Notes: generated by a model from the sequence alone, not told the origin. DNA of 64,000 nt from Terriglobia bacterium (GCA_041488515.1 JBGPPK010000018.1:18427-82426), one strand, 5' to 3'; shown: positions 8,778 to 20,876, counted from the first letter of the stretch. A program made the numbers and translations.

Positions 8778-10025
8778 CTACCGGGCCGGGCATGCCTGGG
8801 AAGGCCCGGTCATCAGCGTCTGGTCGGGGAAGCTGAACGCTCCTTCAATCGCATCGGACGCGGAGCCGCGCTGGAACCATTGCAGCAGGACCTGGCTCTG
8901 CGGGTGATAAGTAAATCCATCGATCAACACCGGATATCCTGAGTTCGGCATTGTAGCCAGCGGATCGCCGGTTTCAAGGTTGCTCTGGCATGCACTGCTG
9001 TTCGGAACCTGCCAGGCCGGAACAGCGTTGCTGCCGAAAGGATTGTTCATCCACTCCGAGATTTCGTGGCTCATGGGCGTAACATCCGCCAGGCTGGGGC
9101 CCAGAATGCCCTGATCCACCCAGCTTGCCCAGATAAAGGTCTGCACAAACTTCACCTGCGCCAGTTCACCTACATCGAACGAGGTGTGGAAGCCGAGCAC
9201 GCAGCACTTCTTGATGTCGCTCTGCGGGGAGAGAAACACATTGGCCGTCAGAGCGATTGCCAGCGCGTCGGGCTGGAAGTTCTCCAGTTGAATGATGGTA
9301 TTCAACTGCGAGATGAAAAAGTTCGTGTCCACGATTGCATACATCACGCCGGTACTGTGGTTGCGGTAGACCTTGGCGGCGCCACGGGGCACGGCGATTC
9401 GCACCGGCTTCAAGATGGCCGGCTGGCCCAGCAGCGTGTGCCAATCCGAAGCCGCGGAGCGATAAAACTGCGCCAGCTGGACCGCGTCGGCAAACTGCGT
9501 TAACCCGGTCGCATACTGAGCCTTGTGGAAATTCGGCGAAGACTGCACCCGCGGCAGGACCGGAGCGGGATCCAGGACCAACGGCGAACCACTCTCATCC
9601 ACAAATTCTTCGAAGAACAAAGAGATAGGAACAATTTGCGTCGGCACTTCCGTGATTCCGCCCGATTGCGGTTTGCTTCCCACCATGGTGTAAGGGTAGG
9701 CTTGGCCTTGCCATGCAAATGATCCGGAGAAATGCGGCACGCTGAAAACGCGCCCCTCTTTCATCGCGGCACGGGCATCACTGGAAAGTTTGCTGGCTGC
9801 CTCGAACCTGGGCTGCGCGCCCTGGCTTTGTAAAAACCCGCCGGCAGCTTCGATCGCTTGACTTGTATCTGCCGGAGCGCGCTGGGCGAAGCTATAACCA
9901 TGGAGCAGGCATAGCACTGCCATCACGCCACAGAAAGAACGGACGCGCCGGCTCAACCGAGTTCGCGCGAGAGACACTGATCCAAGCTCCGGAAGCAGTA
10001 GTCTGTTATTGTCGTCCGGTTCCAT
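8778..10025 (-). CDS. Secreted hypothetical protein
   Basis: Long clean ORF. The M at 10025 gives a signal peptide (..RTRLSRRVRSFCGVMAVLCLLHGYSFAQ). No recognisable domain. Confidence 0.7.
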   Translation of the reverse strand: MEPDDNNRLLLPELGSVSLARTRLSRRVRSFCGVMAVLCLLHGYSFAQRAPADTSQAIEAAGGFLQSQGAQPRFEAASKLSSDARAAMKEGRVFSVPHFSGSFAWQGQAYPYTMVGSKPQSGGITEVPTQIVPISLFFEEFVDESGSPLVLDPAPVLPRVQSSPNFHKAQYATGLTQFADAVQLAQFYRSAASDWHTLLGQPAILKPVRIAVPRGAAKVYRNHSTGVMYAIVDTNFFISQLNTIIQLENFQPDALAIALTANVFLSPQSDIKKCCVLGFHTSFDVGELAQVKFVQTFIWASWVDQGILGPSLADVTPMSHEISEWMNNPFGSNAVPAWQVPNSSACQSNLETGDPLATMPNSGYPVLIDGFTYHPQSQVLLQWFQRGSASDAIEGAFSFPDQTLMTGPSQACPAR

Positions 10026-10202
10026 GGATTTGTCGAATAAAATTGTCGCAAACACCTGATAAAACAACACTTCTTAACCTTGGCTACGCCGCGACAATTA
10101 GACTTTCCAATAATAAATAAGGTAGCGGCGGCGGCCGAATTGTTGGCTTTGCACGCGCCGGCTGCGATAAACGATGGTTTGCTGTATAGTTCTGCGTTCG
10201 CC

Positions 10203-11195
10203 ATGAAGAAACGCACCGCGAAGCAAAACTCCGGTAGCAGCAAGGTTACAGTGGCCGTGGTCCAGGCCGCATCGGTCGCGTTTGACCAAAAGAAGACGCT
10301 GGCCAAGGCCGTTGATCTTACCCGCGACGCAGCCAGGCGGGGCGCTGAACTTGTCCTCTTCCCTGAGGCTTTCATCTCCGGTTATCCGCGCGGGCTCGAC
10401 TTTGGCGCGGTGGTTGGCTCCCGCTCTGAAGCCGGGCGCGAAGACTTCAAGCGCTACTTTCAGAGCGCCGTGGAAGTTCCGGGCCCGGTGGTGGAAGTCT
10501 TGAGCAAGGCCGCACGCGCCAACTCCGTTTACCTGGTGATGGGAGTAATAGAGCGCGAACGCGGCACGCTCTATTGTTGTGTGCTCTTCTTCGCGCCCGA
10601 TGGAACATTCCTGGGCAAGCACCGGAAGGTGATGCCCACCGCCTCGGAAAGGCTGATCTGGGGTTACGGAGACGGGTCCACGCTGCCGGTGTTTGATACC
10701 CCTCTGGGCAAGTTTGGCGCCGTGATCTGCTGGGAGAATTACATGCCGCTGTTGCGCACGTTCATGTATTCCCAGGGCATTGAAATTTATTGCGCGCCCA
10801 CGGCCGACCATCGCACCACCTGGTCGGCGACCATGCAGCATATCGCCACCGAAGGCCGTTGTTTCGTGCTCGGCTGCAACCAGTTCAACCGCCGCCGTGA
10901 TTTTCCCAAGCAGTACGCCACCGCGTTTGGTGAAGAACCGGAAACGGTGATCTCGCGCGGCGGAAGCTGCATTGTCGGTCCCTTTGGCGAATTCCTGGCT
11001 GGCCCAAACTTTGAAGATGAGGCAATCCTCGTAGCTGAGCTTGACCGAGGTCTGTTGCCCAAAGCCAAGTTCGATTTTGACGTTGTCGGCCATTACTCGC
11101 GTCCCGACATCTTTCGCCTTACGGTCAACGACCAGCCAAAACCGTCCGTCGCCACGGCGAGCATGAAAACGAAAGCCAGAACACAAGCTGAATGA
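10203..11195 (+). CDS. Nitrilase / carbon-nitrogen hydrolase
   Basis: E-K-C triad contexts are present: LVLFPEAF, HRKVMP and AVICWENYMP. The start is taken at MKKRTAKQ (10203). Confidence 0.85.
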   Translation: MKKRTAKQNSGSSKVTVAVVQAASVAFDQKKTLAKAVDLTRDAARRGAELVLFPEAFISGYPRGLDFGAVVGSRSEAGREDFKRYFQSAVEVPGPVVEVLSKAARANSVYLVMGVIERERGTLYCCVLFFAPDGTFLGKHRKVMPTASERLIWGYGDGSTLPVFDTPLGKFGAVICWENYMPLLRTFMYSQGIEIYCAPTADHRTTWSATMQHIATEGRCFVLGCNQFNRRRDFPKQYATAFGEEPETVISRGGSCIVGPFGEFLAGPNFEDEAILVAELDRGLLPKAKFDFDVVGHYSRPDIFRLTVNDQPKPSVATASMKTKARTQAE

Positions 11196-12121
11196 TTTCG
11201 CGCACTGAAATTCAGGATGCCGGCCGGCGCATCGCCATGCACGTGCGCCGCACCCCGGCGATAGCGCTGGAGGAAAAGGCCTTCGGCATCGATGCCAAGA
11301 TCTTTTTCAAGCTCGAATGCCTTCAGCATACCGGTTCGTTCAAACCTCGCGGCGCATTCAACTGCATTCTCACGTCCACGGTCCCGGAAGCGGGCGTCAT
11401 CGCGGCTTCCGGCGGCAATCACGGCGCGGCTGTTGCTTATGCCGCCCAGAAGCTTGGACACCACGCGGAAATTTTAGTTCCTGTGATCACGCCGCAAAAC
11501 AAGGTTGAACGACTGCGGCAATACGGTGCAGCCATCAATATTACCGGCAACAATTATGCTGAAGCGCTGGCCGCCAGCCGGGAGCGGGCCGCGCAAACCG
11601 GCGCGGTTTCCATTCACGCCTATGATGACCCCCGCGTGCTTGCCGGCCAGGGCACCCTGGGCATGGAGTTTGAAGAGCAGGTGCGCGGTTTAGATTCCGT
11701 GCTCATCGCCGTGGGCGGAGGCGGGTTGATTGGCGGCGTTGCGGCCTGGTACCAGGACCGCGTGCGCGTGATCAGCGTGGAACCGGAGCGCGCACCGACA
11801 TTGCATCACTCGCTGGCCGCCGGGCAGGTGGTGGAAGTCGAAACCGGCGGCGTTGCCGCCGACTCTCTTGGTGCCCGCCGCGCAGGGGAATTGATGTTCC
11901 CCATCGCTCAGAAGTTTGTGGCCCAGGCGCTGCTGGTCACCGATGAACAGATCGTTGAGGCGCAGAGACTCTTGTGGCAAAAAATGCGTCTCATCGCGGA
12001 GCCTGGAGGCGCTACAGCGCTGGCGGCCTTGCTTTCCGGAGTCTACAAGCCGCACGCGGGAGAGCGCGTGGGAGTGGTGCTCTGCGGTTCCAACGCCGAG
12101 CTGGCGGCCTTCCCTGTTTAG
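11192..12121 (+). CDS. PLP-dependent threonine/serine dehydratase family protein
   Basis: LQHTGSFKPRGA (PLP lysine), GGNHG and GGGGLIGG loops. ATGA overlap with the nitrilase stop. Confidence 0.85.
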   Translation: MISRTEIQDAGRRIAMHVRRTPAIALEEKAFGIDAKIFFKLECLQHTGSFKPRGAFNCILTSTVPEAGVIAASGGNHGAAVAYAAQKLGHHAEILVPVITPQNKVERLRQYGAAINITGNNYAEALAASRERAAQTGAVSIHAYDDPRVLAGQGTLGMEFEEQVRGLDSVLIAVGGGGLIGGVAAWYQDRVRVISVEPERAPTLHHSLAAGQVVEVETGGVAADSLGARRAGELMFPIAQKFVAQALLVTDEQIVEAQRLLWQKMRLIAEPGGATALAALLSGVYKPHAGERVGVVLCGSNAELAAFPV

Positions 12122-12344
12122 TCGAACCATGCCGCAAACTAGCCTTTCCAGCAGTGTTTGCCCATCATCCGGTTGCAATTCTTTGCACATACAACGCCCA
12201 GAAAGGTTTTACAGATTTTTGCTTATCTCTTTGAAGCGTTTTCTTAAGAGATCACACTATTTCCTTGGCAACACAGTATTTGCAGTTTTATAGTTCTGCC
12301 CCGGCCTTTACCTATTTCAAAAATCCAGCAGTGCGAGGAAACCT

Positions 12345-13547
12345 ATGAAACTTTGCAGTTTCGGGCCTAAGTTTTTGTTTGTCGGTTTATTAATGCTTCT
12401 CTCCTCCAGCCTGGCCTTTGGCGCAGGCGCCGTGGTCGATTGCTCCGGCGCAACGCCTGGGGCGTTCACCACCATTACCGCCGCGCTGGCCTCTCTTCCG
12501 GCAGCCGGACCAAACAGCATTACCGTTACCGGCAACTGCACGGAGAACTTAAACATCATTAGCCGGACGCAGCTCACCATCAGCGCGGTCCCGGGGTCAG
12601 CGAACGTAACGGCAGCCAACCCTAATGCCCGGGTTTTGAGCATCGTGAGTTCGCAGCAGGTTTTTGTCGATGGCATCAACTTCAGCGGCGGACGCGGCGT
12701 GGTCGTCATCAACAGCACGGACGCCCAGCTGGGCGACGGCACTTTCACCGGCAGCTCTCTACAGGGCATTAACATTGTCAATTCGACGTTCGATATCTTC
12801 AATGCAACGGTGCAGAACGCGCTGCGCAGCGGAATCGCTCAAAGCGGCGGGACGCTCGGCATTGACGGCGGCGTGACCGTCACGCACAACGGACGAGCCG
12901 GTGTAAGCATGATCACCGGCCATCTTGTGCTGAGTGGCGGCGATGGCACTCCGGGCACGGAAAACGTGATCAGTAATAACGGCTCGGTTGGCGTGAGCAT
13001 TGCCAACTCGGCTGAGGCTGATATCGCCGGGGACAACCGCATCCTGGCCAACGGCACCACCGGCTTGCAGGTAATTCACACCAGCACCGCCATCGTCAGC
13101 GACACCACGATCAACGGCAATCTTGGCGTGGGCGTGCATATTGGGGAAACCAGTCACGGCGAGTTTTCCAGCATGACCATCACCGGCAATGGCGCAACCG
13201 CGGGTGGCGGTGGTGGCGGCATTGAGAGCGGCAGCGGCGCGGCCGGCGGCATGGAAGTCGTGGAGAACTCTGACATGTTCATCGATGGCGCCGTAAACGT
13301 CTCCAACAATTTGGCCAACGGAATTTTCGTCAGTGAGAGCTCCGTGCTTTCCAGCCTGGGAGGCAATACCATCAACAACAATACCGGTGACGGCTTTCTG
13401 GTCGAGGGCCTGGCTATAGTGCACTTCTTCGCTGCGGACACCGCAACCGGTAACACTGTCGCTCCTCTGGAGTGCGATACCACTTCTCTGCTTTTGGGCG
13501 ATCCCACGGGGCTGGGCAAGACCAAGTGCAAGATCACTTTGAAATAA
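12345..13547 (+). CDS. Secreted right-handed parallel beta-helix repeat protein
   Basis: Signal peptide, then about 22-aa periodic G/N/I-rich turns (..NNGSVGVSIANS.., ..GNLGVGVHIGE..) and a Gly-rich tract. Confidence 0.75.
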   Translation: MKLCSFGPKFLFVGLLMLLSSSLAFGAGAVVDCSGATPGAFTTITAALASLPAAGPNSITVTGNCTENLNIISRTQLTISAVPGSANVTAANPNARVLSIVSSQQVFVDGINFSGGRGVVVINSTDAQLGDGTFTGSSLQGINIVNSTFDIFNATVQNALRSGIAQSGGTLGIDGGVTVTHNGRAGVSMITGHLVLSGGDGTPGTENVISNNGSVGVSIANSAEADIAGDNRILANGTTGLQVIHTSTAIVSDTTINGNLGVGVHIGETSHGEFSSMTITGNGATAGGGGGGIESGSGAAGGMEVVENSDMFIDGAVNVSNNLANGIFVSESSVLSSLGGNTINNNTGDGFLVEGLAIVHFFAADTATGNTVAPLECDTTSLLLGDPTGLGKTKCKITLK

Positions 13548-13564
13548 ACTGCCCAATTGGCAAA

Positions 13565-13594
13565 GGGCCGCACATTAAGTGCGGCCCTTTTTTT
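13565..13594. terminator. Rho-independent terminator shared by convergent genes
   Basis: GGGCCGCAC-attaa-GTGCGGCCC followed by T7. Confidence 0.85.
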
Positions 13595-13619
13595 CGCTGC
13601 GAATTTTTCCGCTGGGAAT

Positions 13620-15629
13620 TTACTGAGTCCCTCCGGCGTTCTGCTGGCCCAGCAGAAACTGCTGCACAAACAGGATCGTCGAATAGAACAGGAAATCCTG
13701 GTTCTTCTTCTTGGCGTAGCCATGGCCTTCATCATTGGCCATCAGGAACCAGGTCTGGATCCCATTATTCTTCAGCTTGTCCAGCATCTGCCGCGACTCC
13801 GTCCAGGGCACGCGCGGATCGTTCTTGCCCACCACGGCGTACACCGGCTTGCGAATCTTCTCTGAGTTGTTCAACGGCGCGGTTTTCTCCAGGTACTCGC
13901 GTATTTTGGGATCACGCTCATCGCCGTATTCCACGCGGCGCAGGTCGCGACGATAAGCTTCTGTGTGTTCCAGCAGCGTCACCAGGTTGGATGGCCCCAC
14001 AATCGGCAGCGAGCAGCAAATCCTGTCGTTGTAGTCGGTGGCTATGGCCCACGTCATATAGCCGCCGTAACTGCCGCCCGTAATCATGATCTTGCCGGCA
14101 TCGAGCGCCGGGTTCTTGCCGATCCAATCCAGCAGGGCGCCAATGTCTTTGTGCGTGTGGTCCCGGTTCACGCCGTTATCGAGCTTTAAAAACGTCTTCC
14201 CGTAGCCGGTCGAACCGCGAACGTTGGGAAAGATGAGCGCCACGCCCAGTTCGTCCAGGTAAAAGTTGTTTCTGCCCAGAAATCCGGGACGGTACTGCCC
14301 TTCCGGGCCGCCATGAATATTCACGATCACCGGCCGCTTGCCGGGAAACTTCTTTGCGTCCGGCATATAGAGGAAGCCGGAGATGGTCTTGCCGTCAAAC
14401 GTCTGCCACTTGATGAGCTGCGGTTCGGCAAAGGTGGCCGTGTTCAGCCCGCCTGTTTCGCTATAGGTCCAGCGATCAATCTTGCCCGTCGTCGCGTCCA
14501 GCGAGTAAACATCGGCCGTAGACCGCGCCGATGTAACCACGAACCCCAGATCATGATTGTTCTTGTGAAAGCTCAATCCGCCGATCAGCCCCGTGGGAAT
14601 GCCAGCCACCGGACGGTACTTGCGCGTGGCCGTATCCATCAGGTAGAGCTTGCTGATGCCATCTTCATTGGTCACGAGCGCCAGCGTCTTGCCGTCTTCG
14701 CTCAGATCAACTTCATCCACGTCCCACTTGATGTCTGTGGTGAGATATGTTGGTTTCATCGTGGCCAGGTCGAAATAAGCCAGGCGCTGGAATTCAGACT
14801 CGCGATCTGTAGTGCTGTAGAAGCCCTTGCCGTCTTTGCTGAATGGGCCGCCGCTGTAGGCGATTTCTTCGCCGCCTTTGGGCGTGAGCAATTTCTTTTC
14901 GCCCGTGGCCACGTCCGCCAGCCAGAGAAAAGTTTGATTGGCGGAAATGCCCTCGACCACCAGCAGTTTCTTGTTATCGGGCGACCAGCCAGCCACGCCC
15001 CATCCGCCACCCTCCAGTTGCAGCAGCATCTTGTCTGATTTTGGGTCTGTTGGGTCCATGATCCAGACATCGGTGTCCTTCCCTGTGCGGCGAGTAGAGG
15101 TGTAAGCGATGCGGTTGTCGTTGTGAGCGAAGCTGCGCCCTCCGTTGCGGGACTTTCCATCCGTCAACAGGGTCACGTTGCCATTGGCCACGTCATAGCG
15201 ATAAATCTGAAACCATTCGCCGCCGCCTATATCTTTGGTGAAAGTGAAGTAATCGCCTTTGGGGCTGAAATGCCCGCCACCCGTGCGGTCCGGGAAGAAC
15301 GTAAGCTGCGTGCGATCGCCACCCGGCATCTTTACCCGATGAATTTCCGGGACATCGGCAAAACGCGTGCCGATCAGCATCTCCCGTTTTACCGGGTCCC
15401 AGTCTTGCAGCGTGGCGCTGCGGAACTCACCGTACTGGTTGGCTTTTTCCGCAATGGCCGCGGGCACTGCGGGAATATTTTCCACCACCAGGTTGTCGCC
15501 GGGCTTCAACACGGCCGACTGGCTTGCCGGAGCGCCCTGCGCGACCAGAATTGAACCCGTCATCAAGATTGCCGTGACCAGAATTGCCGGTCGCAGGCTT
15601 GCAAAAATCGCACATGCTCGTTTCATCAT
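13620..15629 (-). CDS. S9 family serine peptidase with N-terminal beta-propeller
   Basis: Signal peptide and TolB/DPP-like propeller repeats. Nucleophile elbow GGSYGGYM and a C-terminal ..NDEGHG.. His context. Confidence 0.9.
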   Translation of the reverse strand: MMKRACAIFASLRPAILVTAILMTGSILVAQGAPASQSAVLKPGDNLVVENIPAVPAAIAEKANQYGEFRSATLQDWDPVKREMLIGTRFADVPEIHRVKMPGGDRTQLTFFPDRTGGGHFSPKGDYFTFTKDIGGGEWFQIYRYDVANGNVTLLTDGKSRNGGRSFAHNDNRIAYTSTRRTGKDTDVWIMDPTDPKSDKMLLQLEGGGWGVAGWSPDNKKLLVVEGISANQTFLWLADVATGEKKLLTPKGGEEIAYSGGPFSKDGKGFYSTTDRESEFQRLAYFDLATMKPTYLTTDIKWDVDEVDLSEDGKTLALVTNEDGISKLYLMDTATRKYRPVAGIPTGLIGGLSFHKNNHDLGFVVTSARSTADVYSLDATTGKIDRWTYSETGGLNTATFAEPQLIKWQTFDGKTISGFLYMPDAKKFPGKRPVIVNIHGGPEGQYRPGFLGRNNFYLDELGVALIFPNVRGSTGYGKTFLKLDNGVNRDHTHKDIGALLDWIGKNPALDAGKIMITGGSYGGYMTWAIATDYNDRICCSLPIVGPSNLVTLLEHTEAYRRDLRRVEYGDERDPKIREYLEKTAPLNNSEKIRKPVYAVVGKNDPRVPWTESRQMLDKLKNNGIQTWFLMANDEGHGYAKKKNQDFLFYSTILFVQQFLLGQQNAGGTQ

Positions 15630-15758
15630 CCCCTCCCTTTCTTGGCGCGAGAAGCGTAATCTTACGGTGCACCGCCGTCAAGAACCCCGCCGCTTCAATC
15701 GCGAAAGTCACGTCGTTCATTAGACGTTCTGGTCCTCGATGCGTCATGGTCTTCATCC

Positions 15759-16421
15759 TTATGCCGCCATCTTCATAATCTCCGGGTATTCATAGATCAA
15801 TGTCCCGCTCTTTCCCTGCTTTGCCGCTCCCACCATCGCCTTGCCTGCGATCTCCGCCCGCATCGAGTGATACTTGCGCAGGGGTCCCAACGTTAAAAGA
15901 TCCAGCGCGGGCGCGGTCTTCATCGCGATTGCTTCTCCCAGCCGGAATTCCGTTCGCCTGCCAACCAACAGGCTCGGACGCAGAATGTGAACCGCCTTGA
16001 ACGGCAGCCTTGCCAGTTCACTCTCCAACTCGCCCTTGGTGCGCAGATAAAAGTTCTTGCTCGCCGGATCCGAGCCCACGGAAGAGACCACAACAAACTG
16101 CTCCGCACCGGCCTTCAAGGCTTCCTCGGCCGATCGTAGCGGCAATTCCAGGTCAATTTTGCGGAACGCCTCCTGCGATCCCGCTTTGCGAATCGTAGTT
16201 CCCAAGGCGCAAAACACATCCTGGGCGCCCTGGAAATCATCCGCCGTCAAACTGCCCAGGTCGGCAACTCTTTGCGTAACCTTGGCCCTGGTGAGAGAAG
16301 GGAGCTCACGACGGCCAAACGTCAGCACGCGAGTGTAATCCGGATCGTCCACCAGCGCTCTCAGGCAGAAACCTCCAACCAGTCCTGATGCTCCCAATAC
16401 CACCGCCGTTCGCGAAGTCAC
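15759..16421 (-). CDS. NAD(P)H-binding atypical SDR (NmrA/HTATIP2-like)
   Basis: N-terminal Rossmann motif VVLGASGLVGG; about 220 aa. Confidence 0.75.
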   Translation of the reverse strand: MTSRTAVVLGASGLVGGFCLRALVDDPDYTRVLTFGRRELPSLTRAKVTQRVADLGSLTADDFQGAQDVFCALGTTIRKAGSQEAFRKIDLELPLRSAEEALKAGAEQFVVVSSVGSDPASKNFYLRTKGELESELARLPFKAVHILRPSLLVGRRTEFRLGEAIAMKTAPALDLLTLGPLRKYHSMRAEIAGKAMVGAAKQGKSGTLIYEYPEIMKMAA

Positions 16422-16607
16422 GCCAGATTCCCCTTCCCCGACTCAACTATGATTTTAAAGGGCTGCGCGTCCTGTTTTGGGCAAATGAGTGTCATCCCGC
16501 AACTGGGCGGCTTTTGGTAGTGGGCCTCATTGAACATCCACAGGCCATCGCGCTATATATAAGATGAACGGGCGCACCCTGTGTCAAAAAGGCTCTTTAC
16601 CCGACTT

Positions 16608-16637
16608 TTGACACTTTCTTTTCCTCGCTGCTACTAT
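16608..16637 (+). promoter_or_regulatory. Candidate sigma70-type promoter for tRNA-Glu
   Basis: TTGACA (16608-16613), 18-nt spacer, TACTAT (16632-16637), about 80 nt upstream of the tRNA. Confidence 0.3.
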
Positions 16638-16717
16638 CAAGAAGCTGTTCGCTCGGGTTTGGTCGGCGCTGGAATGCTGAAATTTTTGAGTGCTGACTTT
16701 TGCTCCCGCCTGCACGC

Positions 16718-16795
16718 GTCCCCGTCGTCTAGCCCGGCCTAGGACATCGCCCTTTCACGGCGGTAACACGGGTTCAAATCCCGTCGGGGACGCCA
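16718..16795 (+). tRNA. tRNA-Glu(UUC): tRNA-Glu (anticodon UUC), CCA encoded
   Basis: GTCCCCG/CGGGGAC acceptor stem. Anticodon loop CTTTCAC. T-arm CGGGTTCAAATCCCG. Near-identical in layout to E. coli tRNA-Glu. Confidence 0.95.
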
Positions 16796-16802
16796 AATCT
16801 TT

Positions 16803-18059
16803 TCAGCCACTTACGCCGATTCGGTCAAAAAGTCGCGGTACATCGACGGTACACGTTGATTTCGGGCGAATCATGCTCACCACTTTGCTCTGTGCGGCCC
16901 GCTTGGCCGGGGTAAGCGCCTGAGAGTAGGTATCGAGAGTCATCTTTGCGGAAGCGTGCCGCAACAGTTCTTGAACCACCTTCACGTCCTCACCATTGGC
17001 CTTCAGCAGAGTTGAGAATGTGTGACGGAATGTGTGCCAGGAGACCTTTTTGTTGATTCCCAGGTCCCGAGCCTTGGGTTGGATGTAGTAACGCATAATG
17101 GTGCTCAGCCAGAGAGGCTGTTTGCCCCGCTTTGCCCCGGCCCGTAGGTTGTCTGTGGCAAACACCCAGTCGGACAGGTTCCTGTACGGTGTTTGCTCAT
17201 ACCAAGCGAGCAGGTCTTTGGCGAGGTAGTCGTCTATCGGGACAGGTTTCCTTGAAACCTCTGTTTTCGTGTTGCCAATCTGCTGATCTACAACAGAGCG
17301 GGTTACGTTGACGAAAAGTTTCTCAAAGTTGATGTCCTCCCACTTGAGGCCAGCCAACTCGCCACGACGGAGACCGAGAGCCATGTCCAGGAATACCATC
17401 GCCCTCTCTCGAATTCCCAGTGCTTCCAGAAGCCGCTGCATCTCTTCGACTTCCAGAACATCAGGAATACGTTCACGCTTGGCCGAGACACGGACACCGG
17501 AACCCTTGATGGGCCCAGTGATGGGGTTCCTGTCTGTGAACTCCCAGCGTATAGCGTGATTGAATACACAGCTCATCGCGTCGCGGATCTTCACTTTGCT
17601 GCCCCCAGCCAGTGGTTTGGCCTCAGAACATCTTGTGTTCAGCAGCGTTTTTAGCCACTGTTCAACCGCAACCGTCTTGATCGATCGCAGTTCCAGTTTT
17701 CCCCAATGCGGAAGAACCCAGTGGTCCAGCAACAGTGTTTTCTGCCGGCGTGTTGAATAAGCTTTACGGTTATCACCGTGATCGGCGAGTTCGTGTAGTT
17801 TGTAGTGTTCAACCGCTGCCGCCATGGTCACTGAGGTCAGCTCAGTGGGGCCGTCGGTGTTAATGTTGAGCCGCAGTTTCGCCAATAGATCCTGCAGCTT
17901 CTTACTGCCTTCGGGATAATCCCTAACGGGACCGAGGGTCCTTTTGCGCTCGCGCCTCACACCGTCTGGACACTGTGTTTGCCAGCGAAATTGCCACCTC
18001 TCGACCCCATCCTTGCGTTTGACTTTCTGCAAACAGCCATTCTTGTAGCGTGCCAGCAT
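16803..18059 (-). CDS. Tyrosine recombinase / integrase
   Basis: R..HxxR..H..Y signature: LGLRRGEL, WHTFRHTF, LLRHASAKMTLDTYSQ. The stop lies 8 bp from the tRNA 3' end. Confidence 0.95.
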   Translation of the reverse strand: MLARYKNGCLQKVKRKDGVERWQFRWQTQCPDGVRRERKRTLGPVRDYPEGSKKLQDLLAKLRLNINTDGPTELTSVTMAAAVEHYKLHELADHGDNRKAYSTRRQKTLLLDHWVLPHWGKLELRSIKTVAVEQWLKTLLNTRCSEAKPLAGGSKVKIRDAMSCVFNHAIRWEFTDRNPITGPIKGSGVRVSAKRERIPDVLEVEEMQRLLEALGIRERAMVFLDMALGLRRGELAGLKWEDINFEKLFVNVTRSVVDQQIGNTKTEVSRKPVPIDDYLAKDLLAWYEQTPYRNLSDWVFATDNLRAGAKRGKQPLWLSTIMRYYIQPKARDLGINKKVSWHTFRHTFSTLLKANGEDVKVVQELLRHASAKMTLDTYSQALTPAKRAAQSKVVSMIRPKSTCTVDVPRLFDRIGVSG

Positions 18060-18394
18060 TCATTTGCTCCTAGAATTCTGGCACCGGTCGCAACCCGAAT
18101 TTACCTTACTGCGTGCCCAAGCGTCTAGCTCGGATCTAAGGAAGCGCCAGATGCGGCGCCGGTTCCCTGTCAACGGATGAGCGGGAATGGAGCCTTCTCG
18201 CGCCAGGCGAAGAAGTGTCTTGCGATGTAGCTTGATGAATGCGGCCGCTTCAGAAGCGTCTATGAATGGTTCGACGGGTTCCACCGAAATCACAGTCGGC
18301 TCGCGAGTGACCGGTGGGGGTCCAAACCGACTTGCGGCCCCTGGAACTGCGCGCGTCTCAGGGCTGGATGAGACTCCAATGACAGCTTTCATTG
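18060..18394 (-). CDS. Excisionase-type helix-turn-helix DNA-binding protein
   Basis: FIDASEAAAFIKLHRKTLLRLAREGSIPAHPL..RRIWRFLRSELDAW is a typical HTH_17/excisionase pattern. The start is taken at MKAVIG (18394); the ORF track extends to 18560. The stop abuts the integrase start. Confidence 0.75.
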
Positions 18395-18478
18395 CTGCCT
18401 CCGTTCGATAGCGTTGACAAGGTTTGTAGTTGAGAATCCAGACTCGGTCAAAAAAATACTCACCAACAGGAAATTTGA

Positions 18479-19952
<1,474 letters not shown>

Positions 19953-19956
<4 letters not shown>

Positions 19957-20876
19957 GAGTGCACTTGATTCTGATTGTCTGTCTGATGGCCGGCATTGGT
20001 GTGGCCCAAGCACAGGACACCAAGATCATGCCGAGCGTGACAACCGTGCCTATTGAGGAAGGTGCCGTTACGCTGCTGCACCTGAGCCCTGGCTATACGA
20101 CTTCGGTGAAACTGTCAGAGGAGATCAGTTCTGTAGTCATCGGCAATCCGGCAAGCTTCAAGGCCGAGCACTCAGATGCCGAGCCACGGCTGGTTTTCTT
20201 GAAGCCCATCACGACAGAGCCGAGCGAAAGCAATGCCTTGATAACGACCAAATCGGGCCAGGAAATTCCGCTGCATCTGGTGAGTGCGGGCAAGACATCG
20301 GCGAGTGCGCAAGTGGATTTCTTCGTGGAATATCGCCGCCCCCAGGGCCTGCTCATCCATTCCGACCGCCAGAGCTTTCTGATTGCGGAGACGCGCCCGA
20401 TTGCGCAGGCCGCACCAATCAGAGCTCCAACCCTTCCAGAGAAGCCAGATTTGGTCGCCCAGGAACTTGCGAGACAGAAGAGCCTGCCTTCGCCGGCCTG
20501 GGAAGGCAAGGAACTACTGGCAGCCGTGGGAGCATCCATCAAACAAGATCACCAGACAATCCTTGGCTTTTCAATTCTGAACAGTTCAAACCACACAATT
20601 GAACTGTTACCGCCGCAGATTGAGCTGAGTGGTTCTGGACACGGGAACAAAAGCAAGCGAATCAAAGCTGAGCCGGTACTAATCTCCGAATACCGCATGA
20701 CCACCCGACGCCTGACGCCCGGAGAACGGGCTGATGGAGTGGTGGTCTTCGAGCGACCGGCATTCAAGGAATCAAGCGAAAAACTGCAATTGCAACTGAC
20801 GCAGGCGGAGCAGGTAGATCGCCCTATTCTCTTGCCGGTGCCGTTTACCGCCAGCAGTCAAGGAGAAGCACAATGA
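19953..20876 (+). CDS. VirB9/TrbG-like (TraN-like) outer-membrane channel component, paralogue 1
   Basis: Signal peptide. N-terminal sandwich pattern (..VTLLHLSPGYTTSVKLSEEISSVVIGNPASFKAEH....LVFLKP..). The C-terminal domain resembles the second paralogue at 36091. Overlapping start and stop codons on both sides. Confidence 0.55.

Noticed and set aside
10098-11186. 362-aa minus-strand ORF antisense to the nitrilase
   Set aside because: Shadow ORF. The nitrilase frame carries the E-K-C triad motifs.
12759-13735. 265-aa and 193-aa minus-strand ORFs antisense to the beta-helix gene
   Set aside because: These are off-frame readings of a Gly/Ala/Asn-rich repeat gene, with no independent start context.
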